A DNA stretch of 64,000 bases from positions 160,001 to 224,000 of the forward strand of contig CAWFKQ010000016.1 of NCBI GenBank assembly GCA_963816395.1, read 5' to 3'. The notes beneath the pieces were generated by a model. That model had not been told where the DNA came from, ran no database searches, and saw nothing but the letters and a program-made list of their open reading frames with translations. This document shows, piece after piece, positions 44,584-55,938 of this stretch (its first letter is position 1; each line of letters starts with the position of its first letter). The stretch is from an uncultured delta proteobacterium. Its GTDB lineage: Bacteria; Desulfobacterota; Desulfuromonadia; Desulfuromonadales; JACZKF01. Position numbers and translations under genes: made by a program.

Positions 44584-44751
44584 GAGGAACCAGATATGTA
44601 GATTTTGAATTTCCCTGCAGGGACGGTGTTCGCAACAGCTTTGCAGAGGCCGGGTCGAACCGCGACAGCTGACAAGAGGGCCGGGCGAAGACGCGGCGGT
44701 TGTCAGATGCAGCAGCGGCGCTCGAAGGCAGCGGCACTCGCGGACACCATG

Positions 44752-44831
44752 CCCGCCGCAGGCGAGGTCCTTTCTTGGTTACTTCTTTGGACCAGCAAAG
44801 AAGTAACCCGGCTGCCGGCCGGGACCGGCGA
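44752..44831. repeat. Intergenic hairpin repeat
   Basis: GGTTACTTCTTTG-GACCAG-CAAAGAAGTAACC stem-loop. Confidence 0.5.
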
Positions 44832-44895
44832 ATTTAAGATTTTTTCCCTTCAGATATTTTCGCTCGACAGAAAATCGCGAGCGCTCCGCTTCCCC

Positions 44896-45336
44896 TCAGG
44901 CCGAGGCCTTTTCCAGTTCCGCCAGGCGCTCCTTCAGGGCCTTTTCCTCTTTCCGCCGGGCGGTGACATCCCGCAGGATCGCCACGAGACCGAGCAGGCG
45001 GCCGTCTTCATCCTTAATCATTGAGATGGTGAACTCGCAGGAAATCTGCGACCCGTCCCGGCGCACAGCCGGAACCGCCAGCAGGTCGCTGGCGCCGTAA
45101 CGGGAATTCCCCGTCGCCATCACCTTGTGCCAGCCTTCCCAGTGCCGGGCGCGCAGGCGTTCGCCGATGATCAGATCGAGGGATTGCCCCAGCGCCTCCT
45201 CGGCGGAATAGCCGAACATCGCCTCGGCGCTGGCGTTCCAGAGGCGGATGATGCCCTCCGGATCGGCAAACAGAATGGCGTCGGCGGCCTTCTCGATGAG
45301 CCGGCAACAGAGTTCGGGGGGTAGTGCTGCAGCCAT
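44896..45336 (-). CDS. Stand-alone PAS domain protein
   Basis: DAILFAD..G.IRLWN..AE.MFGY...EALGQSLDLII. Confidence 0.85.
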   Translation of the reverse strand: MAAALPPELCCRLIEKAADAILFADPEGIIRLWNASAEAMFGYSAEEALGQSLDLIIGERLRARHWEGWHKVMATGNSRYGASDLLAVPAVRRDGSQISCEFTISMIKDEDGRLLGLVAILRDVTARRKEEKALKERLAELEKASA

Positions 45337-45396
45337 GGTGCACCTCCTTGGGTGGTGGAAAGAAGTTCAGCCTAACCGCACCCCCGCCTTCCTGCC

Positions 45397-45410
45397 TTGA
45401 CCTGCGTCAA
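45397..45410. promoter_or_regulatory. CRP/FNR-family (HcpR-like) box
   Basis: TTGAC-CTGC-GTCAA about 60 bp upstream of the PAS gene. Confidence 0.55.
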
Positions 45411-45425
45411 TAGCGGTCCCTTCTT

Positions 45426-47043
45426 TCACCTGCCCCGGAAAAGCAGTTCGGGCGCCCCGCTTCCGGCGTTTCGGCGCAGCCGCAGCGAACCCTGCCAGTG
45501 AAGGTCGTCCCGCAGCGGAAAGTCGCTGCGGAAATGCGCCCCACGACTTTCCCGTCGCTCCAGGGCGGCGGTAAAGATCAGCCGGGCCGCCAGCAGGCGG
45601 TTGCGGGTTTCAAAGTAACGGTAGAGAGAAGGCGACCTGGGACAGGCGCCGGAAACGGCCGTCGAGCTCTTCCAGGTACTGCAGCCCAGCGGTCAGCGTG
45701 GCGGCCGAGCGCACCACCCCGGCATTTTTCCATAGCAGCCGCTGGGCTTCCACCGCCAGCAGGGACAGCTCATCACCGGCGCCGATCGCCGGCAGCGGCG
45801 GCAGGGGGATGGCCGGATCGGCATTACCGGTCGCCGGGGAAAGCCGGGAAGCAGCGGTGCGGCCGGCGATGCGGCCGAATACCACCGCCTCGACCAGGGC
45901 ATTGCCGCCCAGGCGGTTGGCGCCGTGCAGACCGCCGGTAACCTCGCCGGCGGCATACAACCCGGGGAGGGTGGCGGCGCCGTGTCGATCGACGGTCAAC
46001 CCGCCCATGAAAAAATGCACGCCCAGGCCCGCCACCGGCCAGTCCCGGCTCGGATCGCAGCCGCGGCGGCGCAGCAGTTCCCAGAGATCCTCATAGCGCT
46101 CCTGGACCGTAGCCGCCGGGACCGGCGACAGGTCGAGATACACCCCGCCGGCGATCCCACGCCCCTCCTGCACCTCGGCGAAGACGGCCCGACTCATCAG
46201 GTCGCGGGTGGCGAAGGCCTCCCCCTGCGGGCACCGGCGCAGGAGAAATCTCTCCCCCCGGCAGTTGCGCAGCACCGCCCCGTCGCCGAACAAAGTGGTC
46301 GGCAGGATCATCCGTACCGGCGCTATGCCCATGGCGGGGTGGAACTGCACGAATTCCAGGTCGCGCAGCTCGGCCCCGGCCCGGTAGGCCATCGCCAGCC
46401 CGTCACCGGTCATCTCCCCGGTGTTATTGCTGTGGGCGTAGAGCCGCCCGCCGCCGCCGCAGGCGAGCACGACGGCGTCGCTGCGGATCTGCAGCCAGCG
46501 GTCGCGGCGATCGAGGGCGAGTACCCCCCGGACCCGCCCCTGCGCCAGCAGCAGGTCCACGGCCATGGCGGAGTCGAGGAGGCGAACGCCGCTGTCGCTG
46601 ACGGCTTGCAGCAGCGGCAGGGTGAGGGACAGCCCCTTGACCTGCGGCGGCACCCCGGCGGCGACGGTGGTGATGGTCCGTGGGCGGCCGTGGCCAGGGA
46701 TCAGCTTGGCCAGCAGCTCGCCATCCCGGCGCAGGAAGCGGACCCCGTGCCGTTCCAGGAAGGGGACGAGGTCGGCGGAGCCCTCGGCGAGGGCCCGGGC
46801 CAGCTCTGGATCGGCGATGTCCTGGCCGCCGCGCAGGGTATCCAGGGCGAAGGTCCCGGCGGCATCCTCCGGGGTGAAGCAGCCGGAGAGGTTGCAGGCG
46901 GCCAGGATCGTGTTGCCGCTGCGGCCAGGCTTTCCCTTGCCCAGCAGGAGCACCTCCCGGCCGGCGCGCCGGGCCTCCAGGGCGGCGCAGAGGCCGGCGA
47001 GGCCGCCGCCGACGATCAGGACCTCGGTTTCAAGCAGATTCAC
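45426..47043 (-). CDS. FAD-dependent oxidoreductase, SdhA/FrdA/NadB family (frameshift near 3' end)
   Basis: GGGLAG, QFHP, GLHGANRLGGN and RRESRGAH (alternate frame). Confidence 0.85.
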
Positions 47044-48283
47044 AGGGCGACTCTCCTTCGGTCAGGGGACACGCACCGGCCGACGCCTGATCGCCGGCGA
47101 CGGCCAGGCGGCGCTCCTGCCGGTGCATCAGGCGGGCACAGCTGGCGGTGATCAGCAGGATCGGCAGGGAGGCGGTCACTACCCCGAGCCAGGCGAAGTG
47201 GTCCCAGAAAAAGCCGAGATAGATGCTGCCCAGGCTGCCGCCCAGGTAATAGAAGATCAGGTACAGGGCGGTGGCGCTCGCCTTGGCCGAGCGGGCATGA
47301 CGCCCCACCCAGCCGCTGGCCAGGGAATGGGCGAGGAAAAAGCCGAAGCTGTTGAGCAGGAAACCGCCGATGATCGCCGCCACGCTGGGGAGGAGGGTAA
47401 CCAGGATCCCCAGGAGCATGCAGGCAATGCCGAGGGCGATGCCGGTCGACTGGAAGCGCCCCCGGGTGATCCGCCCGGAGAGCGCCGAACTGGCGGTCCC
47501 TGCCAGGTAGGTGAGGAAGAGAGCGCCGATCAGCGAGGGGGGGAAACGGAAAGGGGGGCCGGCCAGCAGATAGGAGGCGGCGTTGAACTGGCCGACGAAG
47601 AGGAAGAAATTCAGCCCGCCGACCAGATAGGCCAGCAGCAGCACGGGATTCTTCAGGTGCCGGGCAAAGCCTCCCACCGCCCCGCTGAAATTGAGCCGCT
47701 TGGGCTGGAAGTGCCGCGAGGGGGGAAGCAGGAGGAAAAAGAGGGTGACGCCGATCAGGCTGGCCAGCCCCAGGGCGAGAAAGGACCAGCGCCAGCCGCC
47801 CAGCTGGGCGGCCATGCCGCTGATCAAGCGCCCGGAAATCCCGCTCAGGCTGGTGGTGGCAATATAAACCCCCATGGCCGAGGAGAGGGCGGCCGGGGAA
47901 AATTCCTCTCCTACATACGCCAGGGCGAGCGCCGGCAGGCCGCCGATGAAGAAGCCCTGAAGCATCCGCAGCAGAAGCAGGATGTGGAAGGTGGGCGCCA
48001 GCGCCAGGGCAAAAGCGAGCAGGGCGGTGACCGTCAGGGTGAAGCGCATGATGCCGCGCCGCCCAAGGGCATCGGAGAGGGGACCGTACAGGAACAGGGA
48101 CAGCCCGAGGGAGAGGATCACCAGCGAGACCGAAAGGGTGGCCATCACCGCCGGTACGGCGAATTCTTCGCTCAACAGGGGCAGCAGCGGCTGGGTCGTA
48201 TAGATATTGGCGAAAGCGACGAAGGCACCGGCGCTGAGGGCGGCGCAGGTGCGCCAGAAAGACCTGGTTCTTATATCGATCAT
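47030..48283 (-). CDS. YnfM-like MFS transporter
   Basis: YTTQPLLP, GPLSDALGRR and ALYLIFYYLGGS. Confidence 0.85.
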   Translation of the reverse strand: MIDIRTRSFWRTCAALSAGAFVAFANIYTTQPLLPLLSEEFAVPAVMATLSVSLVILSLGLSLFLYGPLSDALGRRGIMRFTLTVTALLAFALALAPTFHILLLLRMLQGFFIGGLPALALAYVGEEFSPAALSSAMGVYIATTSLSGISGRLISGMAAQLGGWRWSFLALGLASLIGVTLFFLLLPPSRHFQPKRLNFSGAVGGFARHLKNPVLLLAYLVGGLNFFLFVGQFNAASYLLAGPPFRFPPSLIGALFLTYLAGTASSALSGRITRGRFQSTGIALGIACMLLGILVTLLPSVAAIIGGFLLNSFGFFLAHSLASGWVGRHARSAKASATALYLIFYYLGGSLGSIYLGFFWDHFAWLGVVTASLPILLITASCARLMHRQERRLAVAGDQASAGACPLTEGESPCESA

Positions 48284-48355
48284 GGGCAGACTCCATACAT
48301 CCTGGCAGACATATTAATGCTACCATTGAATTAAAAATAAAAAAAATATATTGTT

Positions 48356-48372
48356 GTTATGGAAGCTATAAC
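48356..48372. promoter_or_regulatory. LysR T-N11-A box
   Basis: GTTAT-GGAAGCT-ATAAC palindrome in the divergent intergenic region. Confidence 0.6.
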
Positions 48373-48396
48373 TTTTTCGTATAGAAAGGATGACCG

Positions 48397-49290
48397 ATGG
48401 ATCTGCGGCAATTGCGATTTTTCGCCGAAGTGGCACGTCTGGAAAGTTTTACCAAGGCCGCCGAAAGCCTGCACATCGCCCAGCCGGCGGTCAGCATCGC
48501 CATCCGCAACCTCGAGGCGGGACTCGGGGTGACGCTGCTTAACCGGCAGGGGAAAAAGGTGACCCTGACCGCGGAGGGGGAGGCCTTCCTGGGGCACGCC
48601 CGGGAGATTCTGGCGCGGATGCTGGCGGCCGAACGCGAAATGCAGGAAAGGCGCGGCCTGGAGAAAGGTGAAGTGCGGGTGGGGATTCCGACCCAGCTCG
48701 GCTCCTATTACTTCCCGCGGATTTTCGTCGATTTCAAGAAGCGATATCCGCAGCTGCGGTTCTCGGTCTACGAGTACGGGACCCGGCGCATCGGGGAACT
48801 GCTGGCCCAGGGGGCCTTGGAATTGGGCGTTATCGTCACTCAGGATGCCCCGGAAAATCTGGAAGTCCACCCCTTTCTGCAGGAGGAGATGGTCGCCTGC
48901 GTCCCCCTTGAACACCCCTTTGCCGGCCAGGCGGCGGTGCGTCATGAAGAGTTCGCCCGCGAACCCCTGGTGCTTTTCGAGGAGGGATATTTCCATCGGG
49001 AGGTGGTGGCCCAGGTGAGCCGCCATGCCGGCGTTTCGCCGACCATCATTTTTGAAACCAACCTGATTCCCCTCCTCAAGTCTCTGGTCCGCGAGGGATT
49101 TGGCATCACCACTTTTCTGCGCATGGTCACCCACGGTGATCCGGACCTGGCGGCGGTGCCTTTCACTCCGCCCATTTCTTTCGAGTTAGGGATCGCCTGG
49201 AAGAAGAACACCTTTCTTTCCCAGGCCAACCGGGCTTTCGCCGATTTTCTGCTGGACAGGACAAGAAGCTGGCAGGAGAAGGCAAAGTGA
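48397..49290 (+). CDS. LysR family transcriptional regulator
   Basis: MDLRQLRFF...SFTKAAESLHIAQPAVS. Confidence 0.95.
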   Translation: MDLRQLRFFAEVARLESFTKAAESLHIAQPAVSIAIRNLEAGLGVTLLNRQGKKVTLTAEGEAFLGHAREILARMLAAEREMQERRGLEKGEVRVGIPTQLGSYYFPRIFVDFKKRYPQLRFSVYEYGTRRIGELLAQGALELGVIVTQDAPENLEVHPFLQEEMVACVPLEHPFAGQAAVRHEEFAREPLVLFEEGYFHREVVAQVSRHAGVSPTIIFETNLIPLLKSLVREGFGITTFLRMVTHGDPDLAAVPFTPPISFELGIAWKKNTFLSQANRAFADFLLDRTRSWQEKAK

Positions 49291-49401
49291 CGGAAGCGGC
49301 CATCCTGCATGAGGGTATACAAATTGCATATTTTTTATTAAAAAAATATGCAAATCTGGTTATGCCCTTGACTCCAGTACTGCCATTTTTCGAACCAAGT
49401 C

Positions 49402-49514
49402 GAAGCAATTTACTGGGATAAGGGGGATTAAGCGGATAAGGCCTTTGGCGTTTCAGGAATTTTTATCCCCTGCATCCCCTGCATCCCCTTCATCCCTGTT
49501 GAAAAAGATTTTGG
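49402..49514. repeat. Intergenic palindromic element with 9-bp periodic arms, copy 2
   Basis: Matches 39370-39472. Confidence 0.75.
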
Positions 49515-49609
49515 TTGGAGTCACTGGAGCGAAGTGAATAACCAGATATGTAAATTTCAGACGCCCGCTTTTAATCGAGGCGTTCCGCGAACTGTCGAGG
49601 GATGTCACC

Positions 49610-51784
49610 ATGCGAGTGAGTATTCAGGTCAAGGTAGGCGGTTTTCTGGCAGTTCTTTTGATCCTCTCCTTCGGCATCGCTGGGTGGATCGCCACCCAGA
49701 GGACTCTCACGACCGTGAATCTCATTTCCGGGAAATTTCAGCGAACCCTGCAGAAATCCGGACAGGCAGGGGCGCAGAATGTCTTCGCCAGCCTCGAGGC
49801 GGGGGCCAGGGGCACCCTGGAACGCGGAGAGATGCAGGTGTTTTCCGGTCTGCTGGACGACTTGGGGCGGACCCCCGGGGTCGAGGAAATCGGCATGACC
49901 GATGCCACCGGCCGGATTGTATTCTCCAGCCGGGCGCAGCGCCGGCAGCAGAATCTGGAGACCAGCTATTTCCGCGGGGCGGTGGTGAAAGGCGGCGAGC
50001 TGTTCCAGGCGGAAGCGGATAACGCTCTGGTGCTGACCAGGGCCCACCTGCTGGCGGCCGAATGTCTCCGCTGCCATGGCGGTCGCCGAGCCGGTGATCT
50101 CGGCGGGGTGCTCTTCGTGCGCTACGACCTGACGGACCTGCGTCAGGCGGAGGCGGAGGTGCGCCTGACGGCGGCGAGTGCTCTCCACCAGAGCATCCTG
50201 ACCGGGCTGGCCACCGGCACCGGGGGGCTGGTGGCCGCCTGTCTGGGTGTCTACCTGCTGCTCGGCAGGCTGGTGCGCCGGCCCCTGAACAAGCTGCGGG
50301 AGGTCATGCGCGCCATGGGGCAGGGCGAGCTCACCCGCCGGCTGGCGATGCGGACGCGGCAGCAGGACGAGATCGTCGAGACGGCCGGGGCAATGGATGA
50401 CATGGCCGAGCGGCTGCTCGGCATGGTGCGGCGCCTGCGCCGGTCAGCGGGTGGGCTGCAGGGGATTTCGGGCGACGTTACGGAGGTCTCCCGGAGGGTC
50501 GACCAGTCGGCCAACCAGCAGGCGCAGCGGGTGGTTGAAACAACGGTGGCGCTCGAAAAAATCAGCGATTCGGCAGCACGGATAAGGGAAGAAGTGGATT
50601 TGCTGGCCGGCCTGGCCGGCGAGAGCACCTCCTCCTCCCTGGAGATGGCCTCCAGCATCGATGAAGTGGCGGCGAATGCCGAAAAAGCCGCCCGGGCGGT
50701 TGAGGAAATCGGCGGCTCCATCCTCCAAATGGCGGCCTCGATCCGCCAGGTGGCGGAGAACGCCGCCGTGCTCAAGGAATCCGCCGATGTTACCGCCTCC
50801 TCCATCGCCGAAATGGATTCCTCGATCAAGGAGGTAGAAGGGAATGCCAGGCAGACCGCTGCAATCACCGAGGGTGTGCGGCGCGATGCCGAAGCCGGGG
50901 AGACCTCCATGGCAGCGACCCTGGCCGGTATCCGGGAGATCGGCAACGCCTCCCGGATCACCTCCGAAGTGATTCGGTCCCTCTCGCGCAAGGCGCAGAA
51001 TATCGGCGCGATCCTTTCCGTCATCGAAGAGGTGACCGACCAGACCAGTCTGCTGTCGCTCAATGCCGCCATCATCGCCGCCCAGGCCGGGGAGCACGGC
51101 AGGGGCTTCGCCGTGGTCGCCAGGGAGATCCGCGAGCTGGCCGATCGCACCGGCAGCTCGACGCGGGAGATCACGCAGATGGTGGAGGGAATTCAGGTCG
51201 AAACGCGGCAGGCGGTGGAAGCGATCGCCCGGGCCGAAGAAAGGGTGCAGGAGGGGGAGAGGCTGTCTCTGCAGACCGGCGAGCTGCTCAGCCGGATCTT
51301 CGCCGGGGTGCAGGAAACCTCCGTACAGATGGCGCAGATCGTTGCCGCTACCACCCAGCAGGGGGCTGGCAGCCGGTTGATCCGGGAGGCGATGGAGAAG
51401 GTCTCGAGGCTCAGCGGCGAATCGGCCGCAGCCACCCATGAGCAGGACAGCGGTGCCCGGCTGATCTCCCAGGCGACGGAGCAGATGAAGGAGCTGACCG
51501 CCCAGGTCCGGCTTTCGACCCACGAACAGAGCGAGGCCGGCCGCGTCATCGCCCGGGCGATGGAAAATATCAACGAAAAGGTAGCGAGCATCCGCGGCGC
51601 CTGTGGAACGCAGCAGGAAGAGAGTGCCCGCATCCTCAATGCCCTGGGCGATATCAGAACGGCGGCCGCCGATAATGTGGAAGCGACCCGGGGGCTGCAA
51701 GACGTCGTGGTCACTCTCGGCCGGGAAAGCGGAATGCTGCAGCAGGAGATGGGCGCCTTTGCAATCGGCGAGGGGGAGGGGTGA
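49610..51784 (+). CDS. Methyl-accepting chemotaxis protein with periplasmic heme-c sensor
   Basis: CLRCH heme motif, HAMP and [27 protein letters not shown]. Confidence 0.9.
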   Translation: MRVSIQVKVGGFLAVLLILSFGIAGWIATQRTLTTVNLISGKFQRTLQKSGQAGAQNVFASLEAGARGTLERGEMQVFSGLLDDLGRTPGVEEIGMTDATGRIVFSSRAQRRQQNLETSYFRGAVVKGGELFQAEADNALVLTRAHLLAAECLRCHGGRRAGDLGGVLFVRYDLTDLRQAEAEVRLTAASALHQSILTGLATGTGGLVAACLGVYLLLGRLVRRPLNKLREVMRAMGQGELTRRLAMRTRQQDEIVETAGAMDDMAERLLGMVRRLRRSAGGLQGISGDVTEVSRRVDQSANQQAQRVVETTVALEKISDSAARIREEVDLLAGLAGESTSSSLEMASSIDEVAANAEKAARAVEEIGGSILQMAASIRQVAENAAVLKESADVTASSIAEMDSSIKEVEGNARQTAAITEGVRRDAEAGETSMAATLAGIREIGNASRITSEVIRSLSRKAQNIGAILSVIEEVTDQTSLLSLNAAIIAAQAGEHGRGFAVVAREIRELADRTGSSTREITQMVEGIQVETRQAVEAIARAEERVQEGERLSLQTGELLSRIFAGVQETSVQMAQIVAATTQQGAGSRLIREAMEKVSRLSGESAAATHEQDSGARLISQATEQMKELTAQVRLSTHEQSEAGRVIARAMENINEKVASIRGACGTQQEESARILNALGDIRTAAADNVEATRGLQDVVVTLGRESGMLQQEMGAFAIGEGEG

Positions 51785-51874
51785 GACGGGGCGGCCCAGG
51801 GGAAAGACGAGCGGGGAAGCAGGATGCTGATCTCCGGCCAGGGGCCGCAGGCGGGTGTTTTTCCCCTCAGCTTG

Positions 51875-52006
51875 TTATTTGCTGGCCTTCCGCTCCATCC
51901 ACGAGCCGGCCTTCTGCACGTCCTTGCCGAAGCCGCGCACGGTCTGGCAGGCCGTGAGGGTGAGCAGGAGAGAAAGCATCAGAGCGTAGACTGCAAGACG
52001 TTTCAT
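51875..52006 (-). CDS. Entericidin A/B family lipoprotein
   Basis: Manual translation MKRLAVYALMLSLLLTLTACQTVRGFGKDVQKAGSWMERKASK; lipobox LTAC. Confidence 0.8.
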   Translation of the reverse strand: MKRLAVYALMLSLLLTLTACQTVRGFGKDVQKAGSWMERKASK

Positions 52007-52025
52007 CGTTCTCCCTTCCTTTTTC

Positions 52026-52508
52026 TCAACCATGTTTCTTCCGTCTTTCCTCAAACCAGAGATCGATCAGCAGCAGAGCGACGCCGACGGTGATCGCCGA
52101 GTCGGCCACGTTGAAGGCCGGCCAATGGTGCTGGTACCAGTGGAAATCGAGAAAATCGATGACCGCCCCGAGACGGATGCGATCGATGAGGTTCCCCAGG
52201 GCGCCGGCGAAGATGAGCGACAGGGCGAACTGCAGCTGGCGCTGATCGGCCCGCAGCCGCCCCAGGTACCAGAGAATCCCGACCGCCGCCAGCACCGCCA
52301 CGGAGATGAAGAAGGGGACGCGGATGCCGCTTTCGGAAAGAAAGCCGAAAGCGGCTCCCTGGTTGCGCAGGTAAGTGAGATGGAAGAAGTTCTCCACCAC
52401 GGTGATGGATTCGTGCAACCGGAAATGGCTGGCAACGTACAGCTTGCTCGCCTGATCCAGAATCAGAATAACGATGGTGGTGATCAGCAGCAGCAGGTAA
52501 CGAGACAC
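52026..52508 (-). CDS. lspA: Lipoprotein signal peptidase II
   Basis: DQASK, NQGAAF, GNLIDR, VIDF and FNVAD. Confidence 0.95.
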   Translation of the reverse strand: MSRYLLLLITTIVILILDQASKLYVASHFRLHESITVVENFFHLTYLRNQGAAFGFLSESGIRVPFFISVAVLAAVGILWYLGRLRADQRQLQFALSLIFAGALGNLIDRIRLGAVIDFLDFHWYQHHWPAFNVADSAITVGVALLLIDLWFEERRKKHG

Positions 52509-52549
52509 AATCACTCCGGGCGGGCTCCCGACCCCAGACTCCGCACTCC

Positions 52550-55330
52550 TCATTGATTCAAGGCCTGGCGGCAGCGGCGGCAGACCGCGGGATGTTCAGC
52601 GCTTTCGCCGACCGTTTCAGCGTAGTTCCAGCAGCGCTCGCATTTTTCCCCGAGGGCCTTCTCCACCCCCACCTTCAGCTCGGGGATTTCCTCGCCGGTG
52701 AACGCCCCGGTCAACCCGCTGGTGAGCTCCACCTGGGAGACGATGAACAGGGTGGCCAGCTCGTCCCGGTATTCTTCCAGCAGCTGGCGCCATTGCCCCG
52801 CCGGTGCTTCGAGCCGGACCCGGGCGTCGAGGGAATGACCGATCCGCTTTTCATTGCGCGCCAGCTCCAGCGCCTTGCTGACTTCCGAGCGCACCGTCAG
52901 CAGCAGTTCGTAGCGGCTTTCGAGGTCGGCATCGAGCAGCCGCGATTCGAAGCGGGGGAAGGACGCCAGGTGCACGCTCGCCTCGCGCTCGCCGGGCAGA
53001 TAGCCCCAGATCTCGTCGGCGGTGAAGGAGAGCACCGGCGCGATGAGCCGGGTGAGAGCATCGAGGATGCGGTACATGGCGCTCTGGGCGCTACGCCGGG
53101 CCAGGCTTTTGGCCGGTGCGATGTACAGCCGATCCTTGAGCACGTCGAGGTAGAAGGCGCTCATGTCGATGCTGCAGAAGTTGTGCACCGCATGGTAAAG
53201 AATGTGGAACTCGTATTCCTCGTAGGCGCGTTCCACCCGGTTCACCAGCCCTTCCAGGCGGGAGAGTGCCCAGCGGTCGATTTCCAGCAGATCGCCGTCC
53301 GGGACGCTGTCGGCCACCGGATCGAAGTCGTGCAGATTGCCGAGGATGTAGCGGGCGGTATTGCGGATGCGCCGGTAGGCGTCTGCCAGCCGCTGCAGGA
53401 TCTCGTGGCTGATGCGGATATCGTCGCGGTAATCCTGGGCCGCCACCCACAGGCGCAGGATCTCGGCGCCGTACTTCTTGATGACCTCCTCGGGCGCGAT
53501 GACGTTCCCCATCGACTTGGACATCTTCTTGCCGGCGCCGTCGACCACGAAGCCGTGCGTGAGCACCGAGCGGTAAGGGGCGATCCCCCGGGTACCGACC
53601 GCCGCCAGCAGGCTGGAATGGAACCAGCCGCGATGCTGGTCCGAGCCCTCCAGGTAGAGATCGGCCGGGGCGTTCAGGTAGTCGCGCTGCTCGCAGACAG
53701 CGGCATAGGAGACGCCCGAGTCGAACCAGACGTCGAGGATGTCCGTCTCCTTGGTGAAGCCGCCGTGGCCGCATTGCGGACAGACGGTGCCCGGCGGCAG
53801 CAGCTCTGCCGCCTCCTTCTCGAACCACACATCGCTGCCGCCTTCCTCGAAAAGGTCGGCGACGTGATGCATGGTTTTGCCATCGGCCAGCGCTTCGCCG
53901 CATTTCTCGCAGTAGAAGACGGTGATCGGCACCCCCCAGCTGCGCTGGCGGCTGACGCACCAGTCGGGGCGGTTTTCGATCATGCCGTAGATGCGCTCGC
54001 GTCCCCAGCGGGGAATCCACCGCACATCGTTGATGTGCTGCAGCGACTTCTGCCGCAGTTCGTTCGCCTCCATGGAGATGAACCACTGCTCGGTGGCGCG
54101 GAAGATGATCGGCTGCTTGCAGCGCCAGCAGTGCGGATAGCTGTGCACCACCTTCCCCGCCTTGAGCAGCGCCCCGACCTCCCTGAGCTTTTCAATGACC
54201 GCCGCATTGGCGTCGGTGATCTTCATGCCGCCGAAGAATTCCACCTCGTCCCGGTAGCGGCCGTAATCGTCCACCGGATTGTAGATGTCGAGGCCGTAGC
54301 GCAGCCCGGTCAGGTAGTCGTCCTGGCCGTGCCCGGGGGCGGTGTGGACGCAGCCGGTCCCCGCCTCCAGGGTGACGTGGTCGCCGAGGACGATGATCGA
54401 AGGGCGGTCGTAAAACGGATGGCGGCAGCTCTTCCGCTCGAAAGGGGGCGCGGCGAAGGTGGTGAGCACCCGGTACTCGCCGATCCCCAGTTCCCGCATG
54501 ACCTGCTCGATGAGCCCCTCGGCCATCACCAGGACCTCCTCGCCGACTTCGACCGCCGCGTAGGGGAGCTCGGGATTGAGGGCGACCGCCAGGTTGGCGG
54601 GGATGGTCCAGGGGGTGGTGGTCCAGATGACGAAAGAGAGCTTCCGTCCGGCCAGCTGTTCCAGGCCGGCCGGCAGCTGGTCGGCAAAGGGGAACTTGAC
54701 ATAGATGGAAGGGGAGGTGTGATCGGCGTACTCCACCTCTGCCTCGGCCAGGGCGGTGACGCAGGAGGCGCACCAGTGGACCGGCTTCTTTCCCTTGTAC
54801 AGGCCGCCGGCTTCGGCGAACCGGGCCAGCTCGCGAGCGATGACCGCTTCGTAATCGGCGGTCATGGTCAGATAGGGGCGATCCCACTCGCCGAGTACCC
54901 CCAGGCGCTCGAATTCCTGCCGCTGGGTTTCCACCCACTGTTTGGCATAGGCGCGGCATTCCCTGCGCACCTCGACCTTACTCATGGAGCGTTTCTTCTC
55001 GCCCAGCTGGCGGTCCACCATCAGCTCGATGGGGAGGCCGTGACAATCCCACCCCGGCACATAGGGGGCGCAAAAGCCCTGCAGCCGCCGGCTCTTGATG
55101 ATGATGTCCTTGAGGATCTTGTTCAGCGCGTGGCCGATGTGGATATGGCCGTTGGCATAGGGAGGACCGTCATGCAGGGTGAAGTTCGGCCGGCCGCGCC
55201 CGGCCTCATCGAGTTTCCGGTGCAGGGCGAGCGTATCCCATCTCTTGAGCATCTCCGGTTCCCGCTGGGGCAGATTGGCCCGCATGGGGAAATCGGTGAC
55301 CGGCAGATTGAGGGTGTCCTTGTAGTCCAT
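52550..55330 (-). CDS. ileS: Isoleucyl-tRNA synthetase
   Basis: HIGH, KMSKS and C-terminal CERCW zinc finger. Confidence 0.98.
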   Translation of the reverse strand: MDYKDTLNLPVTDFPMRANLPQREPEMLKRWDTLALHRKLDEAGRGRPNFTLHDGPPYANGHIHIGHALNKILKDIIIKSRRLQGFCAPYVPGWDCHGLPIELMVDRQLGEKKRSMSKVEVRRECRAYAKQWVETQRQEFERLGVLGEWDRPYLTMTADYEAVIARELARFAEAGGLYKGKKPVHWCASCVTALAEAEVEYADHTSPSIYVKFPFADQLPAGLEQLAGRKLSFVIWTTTPWTIPANLAVALNPELPYAAVEVGEEVLVMAEGLIEQVMRELGIGEYRVLTTFAAPPFERKSCRHPFYDRPSIIVLGDHVTLEAGTGCVHTAPGHGQDDYLTGLRYGLDIYNPVDDYGRYRDEVEFFGGMKITDANAAVIEKLREVGALLKAGKVVHSYPHCWRCKQPIIFRATEQWFISMEANELRQKSLQHINDVRWIPRWGRERIYGMIENRPDWCVSRQRSWGVPITVFYCEKCGEALADGKTMHHVADLFEEGGSDVWFEKEAAELLPPGTVCPQCGHGGFTKETDILDVWFDSGVSYAAVCEQRDYLNAPADLYLEGSDQHRGWFHSSLLAAVGTRGIAPYRSVLTHGFVVDGAGKKMSKSMGNVIAPEEVIKKYGAEILRLWVAAQDYRDDIRISHEILQRLADAYRRIRNTARYILGNLHDFDPVADSVPDGDLLEIDRWALSRLEGLVNRVERAYEEYEFHILYHAVHNFCSIDMSAFYLDVLKDRLYIAPAKSLARRSAQSAMYRILDALTRLIAPVLSFTADEIWGYLPGEREASVHLASFPRFESRLLDADLESRYELLLTVRSEVSKALELARNEKRIGHSLDARVRLEAPAGQWRQLLEEYRDELATLFIVSQVELTSGLTGAFTGEEIPELKVGVEKALGEKCERCWNYAETVGESAEHPAVCRRCRQALNQ

Positions 55331-55525
55331 TGGGTTCTCCCGTGGCGCTCGGAGATGAAAAAATCAAGACCCAATAAACTAGCAAAACGGTTGATTAAGT
55401 CAAGGAAAAAGGTCTGTAAGGAGGGTAGCGTGGTGCTGCCGGCGGGCAAATGCCGACTGCCGCCGACGCGGGAAATCCGACGGTACCGCCGCGAGCCGCT
55501 CTTCATTCGCCAGGCGGTGGGGAAA

Positions 55526-55705
55526 TCAGGCGTTCACGGCCTTGCCGAGGTGGTAATCGTGCTCCAGTTGAAGCAGGGTCTGGCGCAGCAGGTCGGAGAT
55601 GTTGACCCCGCATTTTTTCGCCAGTTCCTGCAGGGTCTGCAGTTCCTGGTCGTCGACGCGGCAGGAGACGATGAATCTTTTGGGGTTGTCGACCGTCTTG
55701 CCCAT
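55526..55705 (-). CDS. HgtR-like ribbon-helix-helix repressor
   Basis: MGKTVDNPKRFIVSCRVDDQE...NISDLLR resembles Geobacter HgtR. Confidence 0.6.
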   Translation of the reverse strand: MGKTVDNPKRFIVSCRVDDQELQTLQELAKKCGVNISDLLRQTLLQLEHDYHLGKAVNA

Positions 55706-55938
55706 GGTGCAGCTCCTTTGCATTGTTTGGCCGTGAAGGCGACGAGTTCATTCTCCCGTATACGTCTGCAAGTGGGTTGCCATTTTTACCAGAGTGACCG
55801 GGAAAACAAAAATATATCATAGATTACATATAGATGGAAAAATTTCCGGCGGTGGACGGGAGGATCGTTGAACGCCAGAGCGGGACAGAATGACACATGG
55901 ATGGACAGATGGAGGCAGCCACCAGGCCGCCGGAGAAA

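Noticed and set aside
49610..51784. Heme-c MCP as a novelty
   Set aside because: CxxCH periplasmic sensor MCPs are already known in Geobacteraceae.
55440..55505. Possible T-box upstream of ileS (GCGGTACCG)
   Set aside because: Does not match the T-box consensus well, and the leader is too short for stem I.
52553..55822. 1089 aa plus-strand ORF and other long antisense ORFs
   Set aside because: Shadow ORFs opposite ileS and other GC-rich genes, with no recognisable motifs.
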